Origin: Nemertoderma westbladi
Lineage: Eukaryota; Animalia; Xenacoelomorpha
DNA length: 64,000 bases
Assembly (NCBI GenBank): GCA_032718475.1
Contig: JAUCBJ010002774.1
Span: forward strand, 1-64,000
Direction of reading: 5' to 3'
The stretch's first letter is position 1. Each line of letters starts with the position of its first letter. A model generated the notes under the pieces. The model had not been told where the DNA came from. It searched no databases and was given only the letters and a program-made list of their open reading frames with translations. The translations under genes were made by a program, and so were the position numbers. Positions 22,785 through 36,808 of this stretch are shown here, one piece after another.

Positions 22785-25299
22785 GTGAGTTCTGTATTTC
22801 ACTTTTCACTTTATGTGCATTCGTTTTAGTATCTGGCTCTCTCACTCGCTTTGTTTCAATCCGGCATCATTCCTGTTCGAGAATGTGTAAAATGTACGGT
22901 AATGTCGTTATTATTACAACAAAACACTATTTTAAATACGTTCGTGAGGTCTTCGCGCAGCACGATACTCCATACGTACCATGTTTGGTTTAATTTCCGC
23001 AATGATTGACCGACTTATTTTGGATTTTATCAAAAGCCTGAACTACCAGTTCCGACGGACAGACTGTCTGACTATGACTGTCACGGACTACATACACAAA
23101 GTTTGGTTTGAATGACTGGTTTATTGGCGCTATCCAAAAGTAGACCGTTAATGGTACTCCTATGCTAAGACTGCGCTCACTTCGTGGCTCGCCCCACAAT
23201 CTTTACTAATCGTTTGTATACCCATGGATTTAAATGAGACATAATGCCTCGCACAGAATGAAACTTTCGAACACCAATATCTCAGCTGTCTTTCAAAGAA
23301 ATTCAGATTGTGTTACATATGTGGAATCCTTGCACGGTCAGCTTTCTAATAGTGCCAACAAATCACTAATTAAGTTTAAGAATACCGGCGCTGTAACTAT
23401 GGTACAATATCGACGGAGACACTTTTTTAAACGCTTGTAGCTAAAGAATGAAAGCAAAAATATAAATTCTGGCTCACCAATGTCACACTAATGAATGATT
23501 CAAACTATATTTTGCTTCTTTTTCATTAAAAAGTTGGCATTGTATTCAACTCGTAGATTGTATTACTGTACGATACTTTGGTATCTAAGAACTTTTAGGG
23601 TTTTATTTAGTTGGTAATAGTGAACGTGACATTCTGCTGCCCCCATAATCTAATGACTGTCCTGGGCGAAATCATATTAATGCCGTCCATTAGCAGACAA
23701 TAATACATCATTAATAATAATATTGTAAACCAAGGAATATTATCGAATATATTATTTATTACACGTCAAGGTTGTCTCTTTCGTGCACTCACTACTCCTC
23801 TCAACAGAACACCATGGTTTAATAAAATTACATCAAGCCGCTCTTGATGGAAACCGGTCTTGGGGGGGGGGGGGGGGGGGGGGTCACACAGATTGAGTTT
23901 AACGTAATTATAAAATTTTGATGCAATCTTCGGAGAAGTTTAACACTTTAACTCTTTTGTGGTTTGACATAAGGGTTTACTTTGTCGTGGCTTGTGGTGA
24001 CAGCGGTTATAAACCATTAGTATTTTGCCATATTACATTCCGATGCATAACCGCAGAATTTGAAAATGTGGAATTTTGTAAAACAAAATATTATCACTTT
24101 TTTATTTTAATTTTGAAAATTGAAATTCCTTTATTATTGTAGAAAAATGAAGAATGGATGGAAAAATTAACCGCATTTCTCGACCGCGTAGTCGAAAAAA
24201 TCTTCATTTTATTTGTACATCGCGTTTATTATATACACCTTTTAGTCTCCGGTGCGTATAATATAAAAAAAACTAAAATTATGTCCCTTTAATATAAAAA
24301 ACCTGACGCGTCCAAAAAGTAGCATCAAAAAATGAAACGCCTCAGAATAACAAATGCTAACAAAAATCCGGCTGAATCAACAAAATGATTCGCCAATTGG
24401 CAGGTGTTTACGGTTTAATTCACGGAATCTGACGTCTGTATGCGATAGAACAACGCCTGACAATGAACATGTTGTCCCTCGTGAGATTCTATTTTCTGTA
24501 ACAACATGTTATCAGTTAGTATCGATCATCCTTCAGTAATTTTTACAACCCAAATATGATGATATACAGCCTCGAAGCAACCATCGCGGTTCGCGGCACC
24601 GCCCAATTACCCCAAATTCCAAAGAGAATCTGTCAAGCAGAAGTCGCTTGTCAAATCAATTCTACATCCGCGTAAATAATCGAACTACCAAACCCCTTCA
24701 GTAATATTAATTACGGTGATACTGCTTTCGGGCACTTGATGAATAAAACACGGTTTAATGTTAATTCCTGAAATCATAACACCTGATGTTGTGGATATGT
24801 GAACGTATGGGGCGAGCCACGATTGGGGAGTGGGTGGGCCTTTAGCGTAGCGGTATCATTAGTAAACCGTGTGTCGTTGTCATTGTGTCATCTGCGTCAT
24901 TGTCGGAAATTTGTTAACACGATTTACTCTGTCAACTTTTAACGAAATTAAATAAGGGAAAGTTTATATTTATATTAAAATTATATTGGGCGGACGAATA
25001 CGAGTTTGCACGTCTCGTGTTGCGCGATGGCCCCACGAACGTGTTGGATTGATAAATGTATCCGAGACTCCGGATCAATAATTTGTTTAAGTCGTTTAAC
25101 ATTTTTCGATATATTCAATACTAAAGATATCTTTTCTTAACAAAATATTTTATTTTGGCGTAATTTGTTGTTGGTTATATATTTAGTGTATTTTAATGTT
25201 AACTAACATTATTTTAGCTCCTAGAGTCAATTTTTTTTAATTTTAAACTATTTAATTAAATAATTACTGACTGGATTATTTCTTTATTTGATTATTCAG

Positions 25300-25447
25300 G
25301 AAGCTGATAACGATCCATCTGGTGACGCAGCCCAGGTCAGCCAACAGAGTCTAACTTTCTACGAGTTAGATCTCGGACTCAATCACGTAGTCAGAAAGTA
25401 CAGCGAGTTGTTGGAAGAACGGGGGAATATGTTGATAGCAGTACCAG
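25300..25447 (+). CDS. SF3B3: SF3B3 coding exon 4 (not in the ORF track)
   Basis: TTCAG acceptor; EADNDPSGDAAQVSQQSLTFYELDLGLNHVVRKYSELLEERGNMLIAVP; donor CAG|GTGAGT. 148 nt, frame consistent with exons 3 and 5. Confidence 0.95.
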
Positions 25448-28400
25448 GTGAGTGAGTGTGGGAGAACGGGGGAATATGTTGGTAGCAGTACCAGGTGAGT
25501 GAGTGAGTGTGGGAGAACGGGGGAATAAGTTGGTAGCAGTACCAGGTGAGTGATTGTGGGAGAACGGGGGAATATGTTGGTAGCAGTACCAGGTGAGTGA
25601 TTGTGGGAGAACGGGGGAATATGTTGGTAGCAGTACCAGGTGAGTGAGTGTGGGAGAACGGGGGAATATGTTGGTAGCAGTACCAGGTGAGTGATTGTGG
25701 GAGAACGGGGGAATATGTTGATAGCAGTACCGGGTGAGTGAGTGTGGGAGATGGGGGAATATGTTGATAGCAGTACCAGGTGAGTGATTGTGGGAGAACG
25801 GGGGAATATGTTGGTAGCAGTACCGGGTGAGTGAGTGTGGGAGAACGGGGGAATATGTTGATAGTAGTACCAGGTGAGTGAGTGTGGGAGACGGGGGAAT
25901 ATGTTGGTAGCAGTACCGGGTGAGTGAGTGTGGGAGAACGGGGGAATATGTTGATAGCCAGTACCAGGTGAGTGAGTGTGGGAGAACGGGGTAATATGTT
26001 GATAGCAGTACCAGGTGAGTGAGTGAGTGTGGGAGAACGGGGGAATATGTTAGGTAGCAGTACCAGGTGAGTGAGTGTGGGAGAACGGGGTAATATGTTG
26101 ATAGCAGTACCAGGTGAGTGAGTGAGTGTGGGAGAACGGGGGAATATGTTAGATAGCAGTACCGGGTGAGTGAGTGTGGGAGACGGGGGAATATGTTGGT
26201 AGCAGTACCAGGTGAGTGATTGTGGGAGAACGGGGGAATATGTTGATAGCCAGTACCAGGTGAGTGAGTGTGGGAGAACGGGGGAATATGTTGATAGCAG
26301 TACCGGGTGAGTGAGTGTGGGAGATGGGGGAATATGTTGATAGCAGTACCAGGTGAGTGATTGTGGGAGAACGGGGGAATATGTTGGTAGCAGTACCAGG
26401 TGAGTGATTGTGGGAGAACGGGGGAATATGTTGATAGCAGTACCGGGTGAGTGAGTGTGGGAGATGGGGGAATATGTTGATAGCAGTACCAGGTGAGTGA
26501 GTGAGTGTGGGAGAACGGGGGAATATGTTAGGTAGCAGTACCAGGTGAGTGAGTGTGGGAGAACGGGGTAATATGTTGATAGCAGTACCAGGTGAGTGAG
26601 TGTGGGAGAACGGGGGAATATGTTGATAGCAGTACCGGGTGAGTGAGTGTGGGAGATGGGGGAATATGTTGATAGCAGTACCAGGTGAGTGAGTGAGTGT
26701 GGGAGAACGGGGGAATATGTTAGGTAGCAGTACCAGGTGAGTGAGTGTGGGAGAACGGGGTAATATGTTGATAGCAGTACCAGGTGAGTGAGTGAGTGTG
26801 GGAGAACGGGGGAATATGTTAGATAGCAGTACCGGGTGAGTGAGTGTGGGAGACGGGGGAATATGTTGGTAGCAGTACCAGGTGAGTGATTGTGGGAGAA
26901 CGGGGGAATATGTTGATAGCCAGTACCAGGTGAGTGAGTGTGGGAGAACGGGGTAATATGTTGATAGCAGTACCAGGTGAGTGAGTGAGTGTGGGAGAAC
27001 GGGGGAATATGTTAGATAGCAGTACCGGGTGAGTGAGTGTGGGAGAACGGGGGAATATGTTAGATAGCAGTACCAGGTGAGTGAGTGTGGGAGAACGGGG
27101 GAATATGTTAGGTAGCAGTACCAGGTGAGTGAGTGTGGGAGAACGGGGGAATATGTTGGTAGCAGTACCGGGTGAGTGAGTGTGGGAGAACGGGGGAATA
27201 TGTTGTAGCAGTACCAGGTGAGTGAGTGTGGGAGAACGGGGGAATATGTTAGGTAGCAGTACCAGGTGAGTGAGTGTGGGAGAACGGGGGAATATGTTGG
27301 TAGCAGTACCGGGTGAGTGAGTGTGGGAGAACGGGGGAATATGTTAGATAGCAGTACCAGGTGAGTGAGTGTGGGAGAACGGGGGAATATGTTAGATAGC
27401 AGTACCAGGTGAGTGAGTGTGGGAGAACGGGGGAATATGTTAGGTAGCAGTACCAGGTGAGTGAGTGTGGGAGAACGGGGGAATATGTTGGTAGCAGTAC
27501 CGGGTGAGTGAGTGTGGGAGAACGGGGGAATATGTTGTAGCAGTACCAGGTGAGTGAGTGTGGGAGACGGGGGAATATGTTGGTAGCAGTGCCAGGTGAG
27601 TGAGTGTGGGAGAACGGGGTAATATGTTGATAGCAGTACCAGGTGAGTGAGTGAGTGTGGGAGAACGGGGTAATATGTTGATAGTAGTACCAGGTGAGTG
27701 AGTGAGTGTGGGAGAACGGGGGAATATGTTAGGTAGCAGTACCAGGTGAGTGAGTGTGGGAGAACGGGGTAATATGTTGATAGCAGTACCAGGTGAGTGA
27801 GTGAGTGTGGGAGAACGGGGGAATATGTTGATAGCAGTGCCAGGTGAGTGAGTGTGGGAGAACGGGGAATATGTTGGTAGCAGTACCAGGTGAGTGATTG
27901 TGGGAGAACGGGGGAATATGTTGGTAGCAGTACCAGGTGAGTGATTGTGGGAGAACGGGGGAATATGTTGGTAGCAGTACCAGGTGAGTGATTGTGGGAG
28001 AACGGGGGAATATGTTGATAGCAGTACCGGGTGAGTGAGTGTGGGAGATGGGGGAATATGTTGATAGCAGTACCAGGTGAGTGAGTGAGTGTGGGAGAAC
28101 GGGGGAATATGTTAGGTAGCAGTACCAGGTGAGTGAGTGTGGGAGAACGGGGTAATATGTTGATAGCAGTACCAGGTGAGTGAGTGAGTGTGGGAGAACG
28201 GGGGAATATGTTAGATAGCAGTACCGGGTGAGTGAGTGTGGGAGACGGGGGAATATGTTGGTAGCAGTACCAGGTGAGTGATTGTGGGAGAACGGGGGAA
28301 TATGTTGATAGCCAGTACCAGGTGAGTGAGTGTGGGAGAACGGGGTAATATGTTGATAGCAGTACCAGGTGAGTGAGTGAGTGTGGGAGAACGGGGGAAT

Positions 28401-31400
28401 ATGTTAGATAGCAGTACCGGGTGAGTGAGTGTGGGAGAACGGGGGAATATGTTAGATAGCAGTACCAGGTGAGTGAGTGTGGGAGAACGGGGGAATATGT
28501 TAGGTAGCAGTACCAGGTGAGTGAGTGTGGGAGAACGGGGGAATATGTTGGTAGCAGTACCGGGTGAGTGAGTGTGGGAGAACGGGGGAATATGTTGTAG
28601 CAGTCCAGGTGAGTGAGTGTGGGAGACGGGGGAATATGTTGGTAGCAGTGCCAGGTGAGTGAGTGTGGGAGACGGGGGAATATGTTAGATAGCAGTACCA
28701 GGTGAGTGAGTGTGGGAGGCGGGGGAATATGTTAGGTAGCAGTACCGGGTGAGTGAGTGTGGGAGAGCGGGGAATATGTTGGTAGCAGTACCGGGTGAGT
28801 GAGTGTGGGAGAACGGGGGAATATGTTAAGTAGCAGTACCGGGTGAGTGAGTGTGGGAGAACGGGGGAATATGTTAGGTAGCAGTACCGGGTGAGTGAGT
28901 GTGGGAGAACGGGGAATATGTTGGTAGCAGTACCGGGTGAGTGAGTGTGGGAGAACGGGGGAATATGTTAAGTAGCAGTACCGGGTGAGTGAGTGTGGGA
29001 GAACGGGGGAATATGTTAGGTAGCAGTACCGGGTGAGTGAGTGTGGGAGAACGGGGAATATGTTGGTAGCAGTACCGGGTGAGTGAGTGTGGGAGACGGG
29101 GGAATATGTTGATAGCGGTACCAGGTGGGTGAGTGTGGGAGACGGGGGAATATGTTGGTAGCAGTACCAGGTGAGTGAGTGTGGGAGACGGGGGAATATG
29201 TTGATAGCAATACCGGGTGAGTGAGTGTGGGAGAACGGGGGAATATGTTAGATAGCAATACCAGGTGAGTGAGTGTGGGAGACGGGGGAATATGTTGGTA
29301 GCAGTACCAGGTGAGTGAGTGTGGGAGATGGGGGAATATGTTAGATAGCAGTACCGGGTGAGTGAGTGTGGGAGACGGGGGAATATGTTAGGTAGCAGTA
29401 CCGGGTGAGTGAGTGTGGGAGAACGGGGGAATATGTTAGATAGCAGTACCAGGTGAGTGAGTGTGGGAGAACGGGGGAATATGTTGATAGCAGTGCCAGG
29501 TGAGTGAGTGTGGGAGAACGGGGGAATATGTTAGGTAGCAGTACCGGGTGAGTGAGTGTGGGAGAACGGGGGAATATGTTAGATAGCAGTACCAGGTGAG
29601 TGAGTGTGGGAGAACGGGGGAATATGTTGATAGCAGTGCCAGGTGAGTGAGTGTGGGAGGACGGGGGAATATGTTAGATAGCAATACCAGGTGAGTGAGT
29701 GTGGGGGACGGGGGAATATGTTGGTAGCAGTACCGGGTGAGTGAGTGTGGGAGAACGGGGGAATATGTTAGATAGCAATACCAGGTGAGTGAGTGTGGGA
29801 GACGGGGGAATATGTTGGTAGCAGTACCAGGTGAGTGAGTGTGGGAGATGGGGGAATATGTTAGATAGCAGTACCGGGTGAGTGAGTGTGGGAGACGGGG
29901 GAATATGTTAGGTAGCAGTACCGGGTGAGTGAGTGTGGGAGAACGGGGGAATATGTTAGATAGCAGTACCAGGTGAGTGAGTGTGGGAGAACGGGGGAAT
30001 ATGTTGATAGCAGTGCCAGGTGAGTGAGTGTGGGAGAACGGGGGAATATGTTAGGTAGCAGTACCGGGTGAGTGAGTGTGGGAGAACGGGGGAATATGTT
30101 AGATAGCAGTACCAGGTGAGTGAGTGTGGGAGAACGGGGGAATATGTTGATAGCAGTACCAGGTGAGTGAGTGAGTGTGGGAGAACGGGGTAATATGTTG
30201 ATAGCAGTACCAGGTGAGTGAGTGAGTGTGGGAGAACGGGGGAATATGTTAGGTAGCAGTACCAGGTGAGTGAGTGTGGGAGAACGGGGTAATATGTTGA
30301 TAGCAGTACCAGGTGAGTGAGTGAGTGTGGGAGAACGGGGGAATATGTTAGATAGCAGTACCGGGTGAGTGAGTGTGGGAGAACGGGGGAATATGTTGGT
30401 AGCAGTACCAGGTGAGTGATTGTGGGAGAACGGGGGAATATGTTGGTAGCAGTACCAGGTGAGTGATTGTGGGAGAACGGGGGAATATGTTGATAGCAGT
30501 ACCGGGTGAGTGAGTGTGGGAGATGGGGGAATATGTTGATAGCAGTACCAGGTGAGTGAGTGAGTGTGGGAGAACGGGGGAATATGTTAGGTAGCAGTAC
30601 CAGGTGAGTGAGTGTGGGAGAACGGGGTAATATGTTGATAGCAGTACCAGGTGAGTGAGTGAGTGTGGGAGAACGGGGGAATATGTTAGATAGCAGTACC
30701 GGGTGAGTGAGTGTGGGAGAACGGGGGAATATGTTAGATAGCAGTACCAGGTGAGTGAGTGTGGGAGAACGGGGGAATATGTTAGGTAGCAGTACCAGGT
30801 GAGTGAGTGTGGGAGAACGGGGGAATATGTTGGTAGCAGTACCGGGTGAGTGAGTGTGGGAGAACGGGGGAATATGTTGTAGCAGTCCAGGTGAGTGAGT
30901 GTGGGAGACGGGGGAATATGTTGGTAGCAGTGCCAGGTGAGTGAGTGTGGGAGACGGGGGAATATGTTAGATAGCAGTACCAGGTGAGTGAGTGTGGGAG
31001 GCGGGGGAATATGTTAGGTAGCAGTACCGGGTGAGTGAGTGTGGGAGAACGGGGAATATGTTGGTAGCAGTACCGGGTGAGTGAGTGTGGGAGAACGGGG
31101 GAATATGTTAAGTAGCAGTACCGGGTGAGTGAGTGTGGGAGAACGGGGGAATATGTTAGGTAGCAGTACCGGGTGAGTGAGTGTGGGAGAACGGGGAATA
31201 TGTTGGTAGCAGTACCGGGTGAGTGAGTGTGGGAGAACGGGGGAATATGTTAAGTAGCAGTACCGGGTGAGTGAGTGTGGGAGAACGGGGGAATATGTTA
31301 GGTAGCAGTACCGGGTGAGTGAGTGTGGGAGAACGGGGAATATGTTGGTAGCAGTACCGGGTGAGTGAGTGTGGGAGACGGGGGAATATGTTGGTAGCAG

Positions 31401-33626
31401 TACCAGGTGAGTGAGTGTGGGAGACGGGGGAATATGTTGATAGCAATACCGGGTGAGTGAGTGTGGGAGAACGGGGGAATATGTTAGATAGCAATACCAG
31501 GTGAGTGAGTGTGGGATACGGGGGAATATGTTGGTAGCAGTACCAGGTGAGTGAGTGTGGGAGATGGGGGAATATGTTAGATAGCAGTACCGGGTGAGTG
31601 AGTGTGGGAGACGGGGGAATATGTTAGGTAGCAGTACCGGGTGAGTGAGTGTGGGAGAACGGGGGAATATGTTAGATAGCAGTACCAGGTGAGTGAGTGT
31701 GGGAGAACGGGGGAATATGTTGATAGCAGTGCCAGGTGAGTGAGTGTGGGAGAACGGGGGAATATGTTAGGTAGCAGTACCGGGTGAGTGAGTGTGGGAG
31801 AACGGGGGAATATGTTAGATAGCAGTACCAGGTGAGTGAGTGTGGGAGAACGGGGGAATATGTTGATAGCAGTGCCAGGTGAGTGAGTGTGGGAGGACGG
31901 GGGAATATGTTAGATAGCAATACCAGGTGAGTGAGTGTGGGGGACGGGGGAATATGTTGGTAGCAGTACCGGGTGAGTGAGTGTGGGAGAACGGGGGAAT
32001 ATGTTAGATAGCAATACCAGGTGAGTGAGTGTGTGAGAACGGGGGAATATGTTGATAGCAGTGCCAGGTGAGTGAGTGTGGGAGATGGGGGAATATGTTA
32101 GATAGCAGTACCGGGTGAGTGAGTGTGGGAGACGGGGGAATATGTTAGGTAGCAGTACCGGGTGAGTGAGTGTGGGAGAACGGGGGAATATGTTAGATAG
32201 CAGTACCGGGTGAGTGAGTGTGGGAGACGGGGGAATATGTTAGGTAGCAGTACCGGGTGAGTGAGTGTGGGAGAACGGGGGAATATGTTAGATAGCAGTA
32301 CCAGGTGAGTGAGTGTGGGAGAACGGGGGAATATGTTGATAGCAGTGCCAGGTGAGTGAGTGTGGGAGAACGGGGGAATATGTTAGGTAGCAGTACCGGG
32401 TGAGTGAGTGTGGGAGAACGGGGGAATATGTTAGATAGCAGTACCAGGTGAGTGAGTGTGGGAGAACGGGGGAATATGTTGATAGCAGTGCCAGGTGAGT
32501 GAGTGTGGGAGGACGGGGGAATATGTTAGATAGCAATACCAGGTGAGTGAGTGTGGGGGACGGGGGAATATGTTGGTAGCAGTACCAGGTGAGTGAGTGT
32601 GGGAGACGGGGGAATATGTTGATAGCAGTACCAGGTGAGTGAGTGTGGGAGAACGGGGGAATATGTTGGTAGCAGTACCATGTGAGTGAGTGTGGGAGAA
32701 CGGGGGAATATGTTGATAGCAGTACCAGGTGGGTGAGTGTGGGAGAACGGGGTAATATGTTGATAGCAGCACCAGGTGAGTGAGTGAGTGTGGGAGAACG
32801 GGGGAATATGTTAGATAGCAGTACCGGGTGAGTGAGTGTGGGAGAACGGGGGAATATGTTAGATAGCAGTACCAGGTGAGTGAGTGTGGGAGAACGGGGG
32901 AATATGTTGATAGCAGTACCAGGTGAGTGAGTGTGGGAGAACGGGGTAATATGTTGATAGCAGTACCAGGTGAGTGAGTGAGGGTGGGAGAACGGGGGAA
33001 TATGTTAGATAGCAGTACCGGGTGAGTGAGTGTGGGAGAACGGGGGAATATGTTAGATAGCAGTACCAGGTGAGGGAGAACGGGGGAATATGTTGATATC
33101 AGTACCAGGTGAGTGAGTGTGGGAGAACGGGGGAATATGTTAGGTAGCAGTACCGGGTGAGTGAGTGTGGGAGAACGGGGGAATATGTTAGATAGCAGTA
33201 CCAGGTGAGTGAGTGTGGGAGAACGGGTGAATATGTTGATAGCAGTACCAGGTGAGTGAGTGTGGGAGGACGGGGGAATATGTTAGATAGCAATACCAGG
33301 TGAGTGAGTGTGGGGGACGGGGGAATATGTTGGTAGCAGTACCAGGTGAGTGAGTGTGGGAGATGGGGGAATATGTTGGTAGCAGTACCAGGTGAGTGAG
33401 TGTGGGAGAACGGGGGAATATGTTGGTAGCAGTACCAGGTGAGTGAGTGTGAGAGAACGGGGGAATATGTTGATAGCAGTACCAGGTGAGTGAGTGTGGG
33501 AGACGGGGGAATATGTTGGTAGCAGTACCAGGTGAGTGAGTGAGTGTGGGAGAACGGGGGAATATGTTGGTAGCAGTACCGGGTGAGTGAGTGTGGGAGA
33601 ACGGGGGAATATGTTGGTAGCAGTAC
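25413..33626 (+). repeat. 47-bp satellite GGAGAACGGGGGAATATGTTGRTAGCAGTACCAG|GTGAGTGAGTGTG, block 1
   Basis: About 175 units of 46-52 bp. The first unit is the last ~34 nt of exon 4 plus its donor. Confidence 0.96.
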
Positions 33627-35626
33627 TACTACTACTAGGATCGGCATGCTGCATTGCAGCTGCATTTTTAAGAATGCTGTGCCGGCTTGTCAACAAAATT
33701 GCACCGCCACAACTCCCTATCACCCATGACATTTGCTAGATCATCCGCATCTTTAAGGCCAGTGTCCTTTAAGATGCGTCTCAAGAAAGTCATGGGCTGT
33801 CCACCATGCTTATTCACTCCATGAGGCTGCCAAAGTACAAGATTATGCACTGGCTGGTCCTCACGGCGAAAGCAATGTCCTGCAAAGCGGAGGCGATTTT
33901 GTTCTAGTGTCAAGCTTGGGGGAACCAATGAGACACCTCCAATGTTATATAGTGTCTGGTTGGAGATGTGTGCATTGTACTTGACACAATGTACCCGGCG
34001 TAGCATTCTTGTGAATGTGCCATCCAGAGATTTGGTGTCCTCAGCAGTTAGAGCCCAGCATGGACTCCCGTAGAGGAGTACTGGAACTACTGCTGCTCTA
34101 AATAATCGGACCTTAAGTTTCCGATTAATTCTAGGTGACTTCCAAATCCTGGAAAGCCTATTCAAGGCTGCCCATGCCTTTCCCTTACGTATTCGAAGGT
34201 CCTCACCTGACTTCCGGATCCATGATCCCAGGTAACAGAAGTCGTCCACATGCTCAAGCATACCATCCTTTGAGCTTATGCTCATCCGATCAGAGACTTG
34301 CTGAGGACTTTCAAAGTTAACTGTCAGAATTTTGGTCTTTCTGGAGTTAATAAAAAGACCAACACTAGAAGCAGCATGTTCTAATGAGCTGAGGAGCCGC
34401 TGGGCTCCCTCTAATGATTCTGAGAGTACTCCTAAGTCATCAGCAAAGTCTAGATCAGTTAGGTACTTGGCAGGATTTCCTCGACTTCTGGAGCCAGTAG
34501 GTGGAGTTATCATCACCCCATCATCATTATGATGATCTAAGGACATGCGTAGAACATAGTCAACCACAATAATGAACAAGAATGGTGCAAGTGTGTCTCC
34601 TTGGAGGACGCCCCATAACACTTCAAATGGTTCTGTGTCACCGTCAACAGTAGACACAAATGTTGTCGAACCATCGTATACTGATCTGATTGCTGCAATA
34701 ATTTCATCAGGAATCCCATATAATGAAAGTATGCTGAACATACGTGAGCGAGAGACTGAATCAAAGGCCTTGAAGAAGTCAACAAAGATAACAGCCAGAT
34801 GCCTGTCTTTCTTTTTTGATAACTCTTCAATTATCCTTCTAAGTGCCAAAATGGGCTCCATGGTCCCACGACCTTTACGGAACCCATTCTGATTTCCACG
34901 TAGCAGTCTCTCAATGGGATCTCTGATGCGATTTAATAGAATTCTATTGTATAGTTTTGCAGCAATCGAGATCAATGAGATTCCCCGAAAAGAACCATAG
35001 AGTGTTAGGTTGCCCTTCTTGGGAACTGGCACCAACTTATTTGTTTTCATTTCTTGTGGGACTCTTGTTGTACGGTACATGTCTACTATGATGGGATAGA
35101 TGAGCTTTAAACACTCAGGTATTTTAAAGACCTCAGGGGGAACACCATCTACTCCACTGGCACGATTGGTCTTAATGCTCTTTGCAGCAGCCTTCACTTC
35201 TGCAAAGGAGATATCGCCAATGGGAATATCTGGGAGTACAGACTCAGACACTTTTACTTCTATAAAGTTATCAGGCAATACCCTGTCATTATTGAGGAGC
35301 TTTTCAAAGTGGGCTTTCCAACCATTAAGGCGATCGGCTGGTGATTCAGCCTTAACCTTGGTGGTTGGTTGGCTTTTCCGCCCAGTAAGCAGATTGATCG
35401 ATTTCCATGCCTGGGATGATTGCCTGCTGTCGTCAGCATCATTGATGGCATCAACCTGTTGGTTTATTAGCTCCTGTAGATTAACAGAGTACTGCCTGTT
35501 CAGGGACCTAGATGCAGCTTTAACTGTATTCTTGGCCGCTGTAGTCTGTTTGAGTCGGGACTCTTTCTGCGCCTTATGAAGGTCATTTCGGCACTTCTGA
35601 ATTTTTTTTTGAATTTTTGGAATAAC
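33627..35626 (-). mobile_element. 5'-truncated RTE-like LINE with an uninterrupted RT frame, inserted in the 47-bp satellite
   Basis: 13-bp TSD TTGGTAGCAGTAC at 33614-33626 and 35627-35639; (TAG)n 3' tail. ORF to 33668 has FRGISLISIAAKLYNRILLNR, QNGFRKGR, FVDFFKAFDSV, GVLQGDTLAPFLF, LDFADD, FCYLGS and RLRFAGHC. No endonuclease domain present. Confidence 0.9.
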
Positions 35627-36808
35627 TTGGTAGCAGTACCAGGTGAGTGAGTGTGGGAGATGGGGGAATATGTTGGTAGCAGTACCAGGTGAGTGAGTGT
35701 GGGAGACGGGGGAATATGTTGGTAGCAGTACCAGGTGAGTGAGTGTGGGAGAACGGGGGAATATGTTGATAGCAGTACCGGGTGAGTGAGTGTGGGAGAT
35801 GGGGGAATATGTTGGTAGCAGTACCAGGTGAGTGAGTGTGGGAGAACGGGGGAATATGTTGATAGCAGTACCAGGTGAGTGAGTGTGGGAGACGGGGGAA
35901 TATGTTGGTAGCAGTACCAGATGAGTGAGTGTGGGAGATGGGGGAATATGTTGGTAGCAGTAGCAGGTGAGTGAGTGTGGGAGAACGGGGGAATATGTTG
36001 ATAGCAGTACCAGGTGAGTGAGTGTGGGAGAACGGGGGAATATGTTGATAGCAATACCGGGTGAGTGAGTGTGGGAGAACGGGGGAATATGTTGGTACCA
36101 GTACCGGGTGAGTGAGTGTGGGAGAACGGGGGAATATGTTGGTAGCAATACCGGGTGAGTGAGTGTGGGAGAACGGGGGAATATGTTGGTAGCAATACCG
36201 GGTGAGTGAGTGTGGGAGAACGGGGGAATATGTTGGTAGCAATACCGGGTGAGTGAGTGTGGGAGAACGGGGGAATATGTTGGTAGCAATACCGGGTGAG
36301 TGAGTGTGGGAGAACGTGGGAATATGTTGGTAGCAGTACCAGGTGAGTGAGTGTGGGAGACGGGGGAATATGTTAGATAGCAGTACCAGGTGAGTGAGTG
36401 TGGGAGAACGGGGGAATATGTTAGATAGCAGTACCAGGTGAGTGAGTGTGGGAGAACGTGGGAATATGTTGGTAGCAGTACCAGGTGAGTGAGTGTGGGA
36501 GAACGGAGGAATATGTTGATAGCAGTACCAGGTGAGTGAGTGTGGGAGACGGGGGAATATGTTAGATAGCAGTACCAGGTGAGTGAGTGTGGTAGAACGG
36601 AGGAATATGTTGATAGCAGTACCAGGTGAGTGAGTGTGGGAGAACGGGGGAATATGTTAGATAGCAGTACCAGGTGAGTGAGTGTGGGAGAACGGGGGAA
36701 TATGTTGGTAGCAGTACCGGGTGAGTGAGTGTGGGAGAACGGGGGAATATGTTGATAGCAGTACCGGGTGAGTGAGTGTGGGAGAACGGGGGAATATGTT
36801 GATAGCAG
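35627..36808 (+). repeat. 47-bp satellite, block 2
   Basis: About 25 further units, ending ~330 bp before the exon 5 acceptor. Confidence 0.95.

Noticed and set aside
35627-36289. Apparent repeat-domain/RT fusion protein (873-aa ORF 33668-36289)
   Set aside because: The N-terminal ~220 aa are satellite read-through beyond the TSD at 35627, from a non-ATG start. The LINE is simply 5'-truncated.
25413-36808. CRISPR-like or retron/DGR-like repeat-plus-RT system
   Set aside because: Units are contiguous with no unique spacers, there are no cas genes, the context is spliceosomal, and the RTs are ordinary LINE types with TSDs.
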